This document shows positions 56,397 through 64,000 of a stretch of 64,000 nucleotides of DNA, piece after piece. The stretch comes from Bacilli bacterium (GTDB lineage Bacteria > Bacillota_I > Bacilli_A > RF39 > UBA660), in the NCBI GenBank assembly GCA_017404555.1, contig JAFRCD010000010.1, positions 8,416-72,415 of the forward strand, written 5' to 3'. Within the stretch, counting starts at the first letter, position 1. Each line of letters starts with the position of its first letter. Under the pieces are notes generated by a model, which was not told the DNA's origin, searched no databases, and saw only the letters and a list, made by a program, of their open reading frames with translations. Made by a program: the position numbers and the translations under genes.

Positions 56397-56660
56397 ATGG
56401 AAAAGAAAGCAATTAAGAAAGAATTAGTTGGTAAAGTAGTTAGTGCATCTAACAATAAGACTATTACTGTACTAGTAGAAACATATAAAACTCATCCACT
56501 ATATCACAAAAGAGTTAAGTCTTCTAAAAAGTATAGTGTACATGATGAGACTAACAAAGCAAAAGTTGGAGATACAGTAAGAATTGTATCAACTAGACCA
56601 ATTTCAAAAACTAAGAAATTCTATTTAAAAGAAATCGTAAAAGAAGCGGTTATAATCTAA
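56397..56660 (+). CDS. rpsQ: 30S ribosomal protein S17
   Basis: '[29 protein letters not shown]'. Confidence 0.95.
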   Translation: MEKKAIKKELVGKVVSASNNKTITVLVETYKTHPLYHKRVKSSKKYSVHDETNKAKVGDTVRIVSTRPISKTKKFYLKEIVKEAVII

Positions 56661-56682
56661 TCATGGAATAGGAGGAAAAATT

Positions 56683-57051
56683 ATGGTACAACAAGAAAGT
56701 CGTCTTAAAGTTGCGGATAACTCTGGTGCTCGTGAACTATTAGTAATTAGAGTATTAGGTGGAAGTAAAGTTAAGACTGGAAACATTGGGGACGTTGTGG
56801 TTGGAACTGTTAAACATGCTATTCCTAACTCAGGCGTACCTAAGGGAAAAGTTGTAAAAGCAGTTATCGTCAGAACTAAACAAGGATTAAGACGTGAAGA
56901 CGGTAGCTACATAAAATTTGATGACAATGCTTGCGTTCTTATTCGTGAAGATAAGAGTCCTATTGGAACTCGTATCTTTGGACCTGTCGCAAGAGAACTT
57001 CGTGATGCCGATTATATGAAAATAGTTTCTTTGGCTAAGGAAGTACTATAG
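56683..57051 (+). CDS. rplN: 50S ribosomal protein L14
   Basis: '[16 protein letters not shown]'. Confidence 0.97.
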   Translation: MVQQESRLKVADNSGARELLVIRVLGGSKVKTGNIGDVVVGTVKHAIPNSGVPKGKVVKAVIVRTKQGLRREDGSYIKFDDNACVLIREDKSPIGTRIFGPVARELRDADYMKIVSLAKEVL

Positions 57052-57061
57052 GAGGTATATG

Positions 57062-57370
57062 ATGAACTTAAAAGTAGGAGATAAAGTTGTTGTCATCGCT
57101 GGTAAAGATAAAGGTAAAGAAGGAAAGATAATCAAGACTTTTAAAAACGATAATAAAGTACTAGTTGAAGGTATCAATATGGTTAAGAAACATCAAAAAC
57201 CTATGGGACAAGAAACTGGTGGCATTATCGATATGGAAGCACCTATCGATAGAAGTAATGTTATGATTATTGATCCTAAGACTAAGAAAAGAACTAGAAT
57301 AGGACATACAACTGATAAGAATAATAAGAAAATAAGAATATCAAGAAAATCTAACGAGAAACTTGATTAA
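57062..57370 (+). CDS. rplX: 50S ribosomal protein L24
   Basis: 'MNLKVGDKVVVIAGKDKGKEG'. GGAGG lies 6 nt upstream. The ATG at 57059 is an alternative start. Confidence 0.93.
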   Translation: MNLKVGDKVVVIAGKDKGKEGKIIKTFKNDNKVLVEGINMVKKHQKPMGQETGGIIDMEAPIDRSNVMIIDPKTKKRTRIGHTTDKNNKKIRISRKSNEKLD

Positions 57371-57389
57371 ACAAAAAGGAGGATAATAT

Positions 57390-57929
57390 ATGAACCGCCT
57401 AAAAGAAAAATATTTAAAGGAAGTAGTTCCAAGCTTACAAAAGAAGCATAACTATAAAACAGTTATGGCTGTACCAAAACTTGAAAAGATAGTAATTAAT
57501 ATGGGTGTTGGTGATGCTACTACTAATTCTAAATTCTTAGAGGGAGCAGTATCTGATCTAACTAAGATTTCTGGCCAAAAACCAGTAATTACTAAAGCTA
57601 AGAAATCAATCGCTGGTTTCAAAGTTAGAGCTGGACAACCTATTGGTTGCAAAGTTACTTTACGAGGAGAAAATATGTATAACTTCTTAGATAAGTTAAT
57701 ATCTATCTCTCTACCACAAGTACGTGACTTTAGAGGAGTTTCTCCTAAAGCCTTTGATGGTAGAGGTAACTACACTATGGGTATTAAAGAACAATTGATT
57801 TTCTCAGAGATTGATTATGATGAAATAGTTAAGGTTAGAGGAATGGACATTGTCTTTGTAACCACAGCTAAAACTAATGAAGAAGCATTTGATTTATTAG
57901 ATGGACTTGGAATTCCTTTTAAAAAGTAG
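57390..57929 (+). CDS. rplE: 50S ribosomal protein L5
   Basis: '[15 protein letters not shown]...[11 protein letters not shown]'. Confidence 0.96.
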   Translation: MNRLKEKYLKEVVPSLQKKHNYKTVMAVPKLEKIVINMGVGDATTNSKFLEGAVSDLTKISGQKPVITKAKKSIAGFKVRAGQPIGCKVTLRGENMYNFLDKLISISLPQVRDFRGVSPKAFDGRGNYTMGIKEQLIFSEIDYDEIVKVRGMDIVFVTTAKTNEEAFDLLDGLGIPFKK

Positions 57930-57940
57930 GAGGATAAAAA

Positions 57941-58126
57941 ATGGCAAAAAAAAGTATGATTGTTAAAGCTAATCGTGAACCAAAGTATAAAGTACGTAAA
58001 TATACTCGTTGTGCTCGTTGTGGAAGACCACATGCTGTTATGAGTAAATTTGGTATATGCCGTATTTGCTTTAGAGAATTAGCTTATAAAGGACAAATAC
58101 CAGGGGTTAAAAAATCAAGCTGGTAA
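57941..58126 (+). CDS. rpsN: 30S ribosomal protein S14, short zinc-binding (type Z) form
   Basis: 61 aa with '[10 protein letters not shown]...CRICFRE'. Confidence 0.95.
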   Translation: MAKKSMIVKANREPKYKVRKYTRCARCGRPHAVMSKFGICRICFRELAYKGQIPGVKKSSW

Positions 58127-58142
58127 GGAAGGAGGAATAAAA

Positions 58143-58544
58143 ATGGCAGTAGTAACAGATACAATTGCAGATATGTTAACTCGTATTCGTAATGCAAATA
58201 GTATGCGTTATGAAGAAGTTAAAGTTCCTTCATCTAATTTGAAACTAGAAATAGCTAGAATCTTAAAGGAAGAAGGATTTATAAAGGATTATAAATTAGA
58301 GAAAGATAACGTTCAAGGAACTATTGTTTTAACTTTAAAATATAGTGCTAAGAAAGAACGCGTTATCACTGGTTTAAAGAGAATTTCTAAACCTGGACTT
58401 AGAGTTTATGCTTCCGCTAATGAAGTCCCTAAAGTATTAAATGGTTTAGGTATCGCTATCCTTTCAACTTCGAAAGGGATTATGACTGATAAAGAAGCAA
58501 GAAAACAAAATATAGGTGGAGAAGTTCTAGCTTATATTTGGTAA
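58143..58544 (+). CDS. rpsH: 30S ribosomal protein S8
   Basis: '[14 protein letters not shown]'. Confidence 0.96.
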   Translation: MAVVTDTIADMLTRIRNANSMRYEEVKVPSSNLKLEIARILKEEGFIKDYKLEKDNVQGTIVLTLKYSAKKERVITGLKRISKPGLRVYASANEVPKVLNGLGIAILSTSKGIMTDKEARKQNIGGEVLAYIW

Positions 58545-58569
58545 TTAAAAAAAATATAAGGAGGAAAAT

Positions 58570-59100
58570 ATGAGTCGTATTGGAAACAGAATAATAACAA
58601 TTCCTGAAGGTGTAACAGTATCAGTTGATAATAATACAGTTACTGTTAAAGGACCTAAGGGTGAATTATCACAAGTGTTACTTAAAGATATTGAAATGAA
58701 AATCGACGGAAATGAAATTACTTTGACTAGAAAAAATGAAAATGCCAAAGCAATGCATGGAACAATGAATGCTATCTTAACCAATATGATTAAAGGTGTT
58801 AAAGATGGTTATGAAAAAGATCTAGAAATCATTGGTGTTGGATATCGTTTCAATGTTCAGGGTAAACAACTTGTTATAAATGCTGGTTATTCTCATCCAG
58901 TTAAGATGGAAATACCAGAAGGTTTAACAGTTACTTCATCATCTAATACGGAAATAACCGTTAAGGGTATTGATAAAGTATTAGTAGGTGAATTTGCTGC
59001 TAATATTAGAAAAGTACGTAAACCAGAACCATATAAGGGTAAAGGTATACGTTATAAAGACGAACATGTTCGTCGTAAGGAAGGAAAGAAAGCTGCATAG
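58570..59100 (+). CDS. rplF: 50S ribosomal protein L6
   Basis: 'MSRIGNRIITIPEGVTV...VKGPKGEL'. Confidence 0.96.
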   Translation: MSRIGNRIITIPEGVTVSVDNNTVTVKGPKGELSQVLLKDIEMKIDGNEITLTRKNENAKAMHGTMNAILTNMIKGVKDGYEKDLEIIGVGYRFNVQGKQLVINAGYSHPVKMEIPEGLTVTSSSNTEITVKGIDKVLVGEFAANIRKVRKPEPYKGKGIRYKDEHVRRKEGKKAA

Positions 59101-59117
59101 GCTAGGAGGTAGAAAAA

Positions 59118-59480
59118 ATGATAAAGAAAAGATCTCGTAATGAAATGCGTGTAGTAAGACATGAGAGAATTCGTTCTGATATTTTTGGAACAGCAGAAAT
59201 TCCTAGACTTTGCGTATTTCGTTCAAACAAGCACATTTCTGCTCAAATCATTGATGATGAGACTAGAACTACATTAGTATCTGCTTCATCTAACGATAAA
59301 GATCTAAAACTTAAGAATGGATCTAATAAAGAAGGAGCTCAAAAAGTAGGAGCAGAACTTGCTAAAAGAGCTAAAAAAGCTAAGATTAAAAAAGTTGTAT
59401 TTGATAGAGGAGGATACCTTTATCACGGAAGAGTAGCTGCCTTAGCAGACGCTGCTCGTGAAAACGGATTAGAATTCTAG
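59118..59480 (+). CDS. rplR: 50S ribosomal protein L18
   Basis: '[19 protein letters not shown]...[26 protein letters not shown]'. Confidence 0.96.
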   Translation: MIKKRSRNEMRVVRHERIRSDIFGTAEIPRLCVFRSNKHISAQIIDDETRTTLVSASSNDKDLKLKNGSNKEGAQKVGAELAKRAKKAKIKKVVFDRGGYLYHGRVAALADAARENGLEF

Positions 59481-59491
59481 GAGGTGTATTT

Positions 59492-60001
59492 ATGCAAAAA
59501 AGAAATCAAAATACCAAAGACAAGAGTTTAGAAGAATTAGTAATTGAGATTAAAAGCGTTGTTAAAGTTAACAAAGGTGGTCGTCAAAGAAGATTCTCAG
59601 CAACTGTTGTAGTTGGAGACCGTAAAGGTCGTGTTGGTCTAGGTACTGGTAAAGCTAATGAAGTACCAGACGCTATTAAGAAAGCTATTCAAAATGCTAA
59701 TAAGAAAATGATAAAAATACCTCTAATCGATGGACGTACTATTGCGCATGAAATAGTAGGAAAATCAGGAGCTGCTACAGTAATTTTAAAACCTGCTAAA
59801 GAAGGTACTGGAATTATTGCTGGTGGATCAGTCAGAGCTGTCCTTGAACTTGCTGGAGTAAAAGATATTATATCTAAATCTCTAGGAGCAAGAACTAAAT
59901 TAAATATGTCACAAGCTGCTTTAAATGGACTTAAAGCTATTAAGACTCCAGAAGAAGTTGCGGCTTTACGTGGTAAAACAGTAGAGGAGATATTAGGATA
60001 A
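59492..60001 (+). CDS. rpsE: 30S ribosomal protein S5
   Basis: '[41 protein letters not shown]'. Confidence 0.96.
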   Translation: MQKRNQNTKDKSLEELVIEIKSVVKVNKGGRQRRFSATVVVGDRKGRVGLGTGKANEVPDAIKKAIQNANKKMIKIPLIDGRTIAHEIVGKSGAATVILKPAKEGTGIIAGGSVRAVLELAGVKDIISKSLGARTKLNMSQAALNGLKAIKTPEEVAALRGKTVEEILG

Positions 60002-60444
60002 TGAAGTTACATGAATTAGAGAAAAATATTGGTGCTACTAGTTCTAAGAAACGTGTTGGTCGTGGACCAGGAAGCGGTTTAGGAAAGACTAGTGGTCGTG
60101 GACATAAAGGACAAAATGCTCGTTCTGGTGGAGGGGTATCACCAGTATTTGAAGGTGGACAATTTCCACTATTCAGACATATCCCAAAAAGAGGTTTTTC
60201 TAACAAAAGATTTAAAACTGAATATGCTGTTATTAATGTTGGTGATTTAAATGTATTTGATAATAATACTTTAGTAACACCAGCACTATTAAAAGAAAAG
60301 AAGATTGTTAAAAGACAATTAGATGGAATTAAAGTATTAGGTAATGGTAAATTAGAGAAGAAGTTAACTATTCAAGCTAATAAGTTCTCTAAGAGTGCTT
60401 TAGCTAAGATTGAAGAATCAGGTAGTAAAGCTGAGGTGATTTAG
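60001..60444 (+). CDS. rplO: 50S ribosomal protein L15
   Basis: 'MKLHELEKN...[22 protein letters not shown]'. Its ATG overlaps the rpsE stop, and no rpmD (L30) lies between them. Confidence 0.96.
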   Translation: MKLHELEKNIGATSSKKRVGRGPGSGLGKTSGRGHKGQNARSGGGVSPVFEGGQFPLFRHIPKRGFSNKRFKTEYAVINVGDLNVFDNNTLVTPALLKEKKIVKRQLDGIKVLGNGKLEKKLTIQANKFSKSALAKIEESGSKAEVI

Positions 60445-60445
60445 G

Positions 60446-61717
60446 ATGTTTAGTACTATGAAGCAACTATTCACTAAATCAAATAAAGATTTGCGTCATC
60501 GTATTTACTTCACTTTAGGAGCCTTAGCAATCTTTATACTAGGTATTAATATTAGAGTACCAGGTACTGAAGATTTAACTAGTAATTTAGGGTTCTTAGA
60601 CCTTATTAATGCTATGGGTGGAGGAGCTTTAAAGAGATTTTCAATCTTTGCTCTAGGAGTTATGCCTTACATTACGGCATCCATCATTATGCAATTATTA
60701 CAGATGGATATAATTCCTTATTTCTCAGAGTTATCTAAACAAGGTCATACTGGAAGACAAAAGATAAGTAGAATAACTAGATATATGGGTATATTATTTG
60801 CTTTCATTGAAGGATATGCTTTTGCCTTTGCCTTTATTGGTAAATCAGCAACTCCAATGGAATACTTATATATTGCTATAGTTCTAACTGCTGGTACTGC
60901 TTTCCTACTTTGGTTAGGAGATCAGATATCACAGAAAGGAATTGGAAATGGTGTCAGTCTAATCATCATGGCTGGTATTATAGCTACATTACCACAGATG
61001 TTTATTGATGCCTTTACTAATCTAGTAACTTTTACTGGATCAACACAAGCAATTGCTTTAGGTATTATTAAGTTTATTCTATTTGTAATTGTTTATTTCG
61101 CTATTGTAATCGGTGTTATCTTTGTTGAACAAGCAGAGAGAAGAATACCTATTCAATATGCTAATAAGTCAACATATGGCTCTGAGGCATCATCATTTAT
61201 GCCTTTAAAGCTAAATTCAGCTAACGTTATACCAGTTATCTTTGCATCTAGTTTGATGTCATTACCAGGTATAATTGCTCGTTTTGTTAAAAACGATACA
61301 TTCACATTAATTGCTGAGAAATATTTAAATTATACTACAATAGTAGGATTTATATTATATGCTTTACTTATATTCTTCTTCGCTTATTTCTATACATTCA
61401 TCCAATTAAAACCAGATGAATTTGCGAAGAACTTACAAGAAAATGGTGGTTATATCCCAGGAGTAAGACCTGGAGAAGAAACCAGCAATTACTTAACTAA
61501 AGTTCTATCTAGAATTACGGTAGTTGGAGCATTCTTCTTAGTTGTTCTAGCTGGCTTACCAATTCTATTTTCTAAGTTAACTAGCTTACCAACTAGTGTA
61601 TCAATTGGTGGTACAGGATTATTAATCGTTGTTGGTGTGGCTCTAGAAACATATAAACAATTAGAAAGTAGTGTTTTAGCTCGTAATTATAGAAGAAGTT
61701 ATAAGAGGAGTAGATAA
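60446..61717 (+). CDS. secY: Preprotein translocase subunit SecY
   Basis: Ten TM helices, 'LGVMPYITASIIMQLL' and 'GTGLLIVVGVALET'. Confidence 0.96.
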   Translation: MFSTMKQLFTKSNKDLRHRIYFTLGALAIFILGINIRVPGTEDLTSNLGFLDLINAMGGGALKRFSIFALGVMPYITASIIMQLLQMDIIPYFSELSKQGHTGRQKISRITRYMGILFAFIEGYAFAFAFIGKSATPMEYLYIAIVLTAGTAFLLWLGDQISQKGIGNGVSLIIMAGIIATLPQMFIDAFTNLVTFTGSTQAIALGIIKFILFVIVYFAIVIGVIFVEQAERRIPIQYANKSTYGSEASSFMPLKLNSANVIPVIFASSLMSLPGIIARFVKNDTFTLIAEKYLNYTTIVGFILYALLIFFFAYFYTFIQLKPDEFAKNLQENGGYIPGVRPGEETSNYLTKVLSRITVVGAFFLVVLAGLPILFSKLTSLPTSVSIGGTGLLIVVGVALETYKQLESSVLARNYRRSYKRSR

Positions 61718-62373
61718 TGAAAAATATTATGTTTATAGCCCCACCAGCAGCTGGTAAGGGTACACAAGCAGAAATGGTAGTAGAGAAATACCATATACCA
61801 CATATTTCAACTGGAGATATCTTAAGAGATATTTCTAAAGAAGATTCAGAGATTGGTAGTTATGTGCGTGAGACTCTAGCGAGTGGTGGACTTGTTAAAG
61901 ATGAGATTACTTATTCTTTGATCGAAGATAGATTACAAAAAGATGATTGTAAGAATGGTTATATCATTGATGGTTTCCCTAGAAACCTAGAACAAGCTAT
62001 TAAATATGATGAAATATTAGATAAATTAAATATTGATATTGGTAATATTATTCTAATTGATATCGACAAAGATATCTTAGAAAAAAGAATTACTGGTAGA
62101 AGATTATGCGAAGAGTGTAATGCTATCTACAATATTAATGAAGAAAACTCTAAACCAGAAGTAGATTCAGTATGTGATGTTTGTGGTGGTAAACTATATC
62201 AAAGAAGTGATGATAATTTAGAGTCTTTCCAAAATAGATATAATACCTATATGGAAAAGACTGCTCCAATCATTGATTATTACAAGAAAAAACATCTTTT
62301 GCATACTGTTGATGGTAATTTAGATAAAGAGCAAGTATTCGCACAAATTGAAAGGATAATCGAGGGTAAATAA
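61717..62373 (+). CDS. adk: Adenylate kinase (zinc-lid type)
   Basis: 'APPAAGKGTQA', 'GFPRN' and lid cysteines 'CEEC...CDVCGG'. Confidence 0.95.
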   Translation: MKNIMFIAPPAAGKGTQAEMVVEKYHIPHISTGDILRDISKEDSEIGSYVRETLASGGLVKDEITYSLIEDRLQKDDCKNGYIIDGFPRNLEQAIKYDEILDKLNIDIGNIILIDIDKDILEKRITGRRLCEECNAIYNINEENSKPEVDSVCDVCGGKLYQRSDDNLESFQNRYNTYMEKTAPIIDYYKKKHLLHTVDGNLDKEQVFAQIERIIEGK

Positions 62374-63134
62374 TGATCAGTATTAAAAGTAAAAGAGAAA
62401 TAGAATTACTAAAAGTAGCTGGTAGAATTGTCTACCAAACTCATCAGTATTTAAAACCATATATTAAAGCTGGTATTACTACTAAAGAATTAGACCGTTT
62501 AGCGGAAGAGTTCATTAGAAGTAAAGATGCTACTCCTTCTTTTAAAGGTTATGAGGGGTTTCCTGCTACTTTGTGTACTAGTATTAATTCACAAGTAGTA
62601 CATGGAATACCTGATGATACCAAACTAAAAGATGGAGACATTATCTCAGTTGATATTGGAGCCTGTTATAAAGGTTATCATGGTGATTCAGCCTGGACTT
62701 ATACTGTCGGTAAAGTAGATGAAGAAATAAAGAGGCTACTTGCTGATACTGAAAAATCATTATTTGTAGGCTTAAATGAAATAAAGCCTGGGGCTCATAT
62801 TGGTGATATTGGAGCCGCTATTGAAGAATATGCTACTTCTCATAAACTAGGAGTAGTAAGAGAACTTTGTGGCCATGGAGTCGGAACTTCTGTCCATGAA
62901 GCACCTGATGTACCTAATTTTGGAACAAGAGGTAAAGGACCTGTTCTTAAAGAGGGTATGGTTATAGCAGTAGAACCCATGTTAACATTGGGTAGTCCAG
63001 AAATATATATCTATGATAATGACTGGACAATAGATACTATTGATGAAAGTCCATCAGCTCATTTTGAACATACTGTGGTTGTTACGAAAGATGGATATCA
63101 AATACTAACGACAGGAGATGAAGAAAATGGCTAA
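62373..63134 (+). CDS. map: Methionine aminopeptidase, type I
   Basis: 'VVHGIP', '[12 protein letters not shown]', 'GHGVG' and 'EPM'. Confidence 0.95.
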   Translation: MISIKSKREIELLKVAGRIVYQTHQYLKPYIKAGITTKELDRLAEEFIRSKDATPSFKGYEGFPATLCTSINSQVVHGIPDDTKLKDGDIISVDIGACYKGYHGDSAWTYTVGKVDEEIKRLLADTEKSLFVGLNEIKPGAHIGDIGAAIEEYATSHKLGVVRELCGHGVGTSVHEAPDVPNFGTRGKGPVLKEGMVIAVEPMLTLGSPEIYIYDNDWTIDTIDESPSAHFEHTVVVTKDGYQILTTGDEENG

Positions 63135-63342
63135 AGATGACAAAATTGAAGTAGACGGAAAGGTATTAGAAGTAATACCCGGAGGTAAATTTAAAGTGGA
63201 GTTAGAAAACGGTCACATCGTTGAAGCTCACGTTTCTGGTAAAATACGAATGCATTACATTCGCATCTTAGCAGGAGATACTGTGACAATTGAACTTTCT
63301 CCATATGATTTAACACGTGGGCGTATTACCTATCGTAAATAA
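63127..63342 (+). CDS. infA: Translation initiation factor IF-1
   Basis: '[16 protein letters not shown]...[14 protein letters not shown]'. ATG 63127 is preferred, with a GGAGA RBS. Confidence 0.93.
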   Translation: MAKDDKIEVDGKVLEVIPGGKFKVELENGHIVEAHVSGKIRMHYIRILAGDTVTIELSPYDLTRGRITYRK

Positions 63343-63357
63343 ATAGGAGGGATAAAA

Positions 63358-63471
63358 ATGAAGGTTAGACCATCAGTAAAGAAAATGTGTCCGAAATGTA
63401 AAATTGTAAGACGCAAAGGTGTAGTAAGGGTTATTTGTAGTAATCCAAAGCACAAACAAAGACAAGGATAA
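63358..63471 (+). CDS. rpmJ: 50S ribosomal protein L36
   Basis: Not in the ORF track because it is only 37 aa. '[37 protein letters not shown]' after an AGGAGGG RBS. Confidence 0.95.
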   Translation: MKVRPSVKKMCPKCKIVRRKGVVRVICSNPKHKQRQG

Positions 63472-63491
63472 TAATAATAGGAGGTAATTAA

Positions 63492-63860
63492 ATGGCACGT
63501 ATTAAAGGTGTAGATATTCCAGATAATAAGCATATCGTTATTTCACTTACTTATATCTATGGTATAGGTCATAGCCTTGCTAAAGAGATTTGTGCAGGTG
63601 CTAAAGTAGAACCAACCAAGAAGACTAAAGATGTTACTAGTGATGAAATCGTAAAACTACGTAATGAAATCGATAAGCATTTAACAGAAGGAGATCTTCG
63701 TAGAGAAATTAAGATGAATATCAAGACTAAGATGGAAATCGGTTCTTATGAAGGATCTCGTCATAAAAAGGGATTACCTGTAAGAGGACAATCTACTAGA
63801 CGTAATGCCAGAACTCGTAAGGGTAAAGGTAAGGTAGTCGCTAATAAAAAGAAAATCTAA
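63492..63860 (+). CDS. rpsM: 30S ribosomal protein S13
   Basis: '[26 protein letters not shown]'. Confidence 0.96.
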   Translation: MARIKGVDIPDNKHIVISLTYIYGIGHSLAKEICAGAKVEPTKKTKDVTSDEIVKLRNEIDKHLTEGDLRREIKMNIKTKMEIGSYEGSRHKKGLPVRGQSTRRNARTRKGKGKVVANKKKI

Positions 63861-63890
63861 TTAAAATAAAGGAAGGAATCGGAGGTAAAA

Positions 63891-64000
63891 ATGGCTTATA
63901 AAACTAGAAAAAGAAAAGTTAAAAAGAATGTCCCAGAAGGACAAGCTCATATTCATTCAACTTTTAACAATACCATAACTACTATTACTGATAAAGATGG
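63891..64000 (+). CDS. rpsK: 30S ribosomal protein S11, 3' partial (runs off the window)
   Basis: '[37 protein letters not shown]' after a GGAGG RBS. Confidence 0.92.
   Translation, partial: MAYKTRKRKVKKNVPEGQAHIHSTFNNTITTITDKD

Noticed and set aside
1-64000. Antisense or alternative-frame ORFs of 60-150 aa embedded in well-supported genes. Examples are 1660-1866, 4383-4890, 7929-8153, 9216-9422, 10611-10934, 12235-12961, 13394-13672, 16805-17020, 21998-22768, 29055-29501, 30843-31229, 32861-33046, 34483-34860, 37159-37443, 38301-38732, 39186-39887, 40431-40628, 41717-42478, 44013-44195, 44652-44846, 45052-45261, 46995-47198, 49006-49194, and all minus-strand ORFs within 51.4-63.6 kb.
   Set aside because: They overlap conserved genes on the opposite strand or in another frame. 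They lack an RBS, have Leu/Ser/Ile/Phe-rich compositions typical of AT-rich antisense translation, and carry no recognisable motifs.
1-64000. Mollicute-type genetic code (UGA = Trp), considered because of the low GC content and the missing L30.
   Set aside because: TGA terminates well-supported ORFs, for example the SDR gene at 12761-12763 and the prfB frame-0 stop. No conserved gene requires in-frame TGA read-through.
1-64000. CRISPR arrays, tRNA/rRNA genes, IS elements, integrases and prophage blocks.
   Set aside because: I found no spaced direct-repeat arrays, no GC-rich cloverleaf-like segments, and no transposase or integrase-like ORFs on reading the window. A tRNAscan/cmsearch run would be needed for a definitive negative.

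Overview
Strongly AT-rich chromosomal segment of a low-GC Bacillota (Firmicutes). All identifications come from hand motif and synteny recognition; no searches were run. Spo0A, (S/P)PxTG-type sorting signals and an S10/spc operon without L30 suggest a Clostridia/Erysipelotrichia-like organism, but this is inference only. The standard genetic code applies, since TGA is used as a stop.

About 80 genes are present, almost all on the + strand.

(1) 1-7.9 kb: a 5'-partial PTP-like phosphatase, a His-tailed membrane protein plus a CDF metal exporter, an internally deleted glutathione-peroxidase mini-gene, a Sir2 deacylase, an orphan 219-aa gene on the minus strand, and the class III ribonucleotide reductase genes nrdD/nrdG.

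(2) 7.9-15.6 kb: a tightly packed cell-envelope glycopolymer decoration cassette. It encodes LicD, a pyruvyl transferase, a MenD-like ThDP enzyme, an SDR, a class V aminotransferase and a TagD-Gfo/Idh/MocA fusion.

(3) 17.2-35.4 kb: a conserved Bacillus-like core block. It runs prfB (with +1 frameshift), two yitT-family genes, femAB-like, ftsEX plus a coiled-coil M23 hydrolase, uvrB, two inserted genes, uvrA, a yvlD-like gene, lgt, yvcK, whiA, an orphan DinJ-like antitoxin and clpP.

(4) 35.4-51.2 kb: a mixed region. It contains a TGS-nucleoside kinase and two paralogous SPVTG-anchored pilin-like surface proteins. These bracket gap, an HTH-Fic gene, pgk, a glycolipid-type GT4 pair and spo0A. 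A polysaccharide deacetylase, an AAA/DUF4143 ATPase with a small transglutaminase-like partner, and dinB follow.

(5) 51.2-64 kb: the S10-spc-alpha ribosomal protein cluster (rpsJ through rpsK, with secY, adk, map, infA, rpmJ).

No rRNA, tRNA, CRISPR array, IS element or transposase was recognised.

The most unusual observations are:
- a split NrdD whose glycyl-radical segment sits on a separate 56-codon ORF, in frame behind tandem stops
- the LicD/TagD-oxidoreductase/aminotransferase/MenD-like cassette, whose product is unknown, bracketed by near-identical terminator hairpins
- a (GACC)4 repeat forming the spacer of a consensus promoter for an HTH-Fic gene wedged between gap and pgk
- an HPD-less J-domain membrane protein inserted between uvrB and uvrA
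- a terminator-like attenuator in the S10 leader
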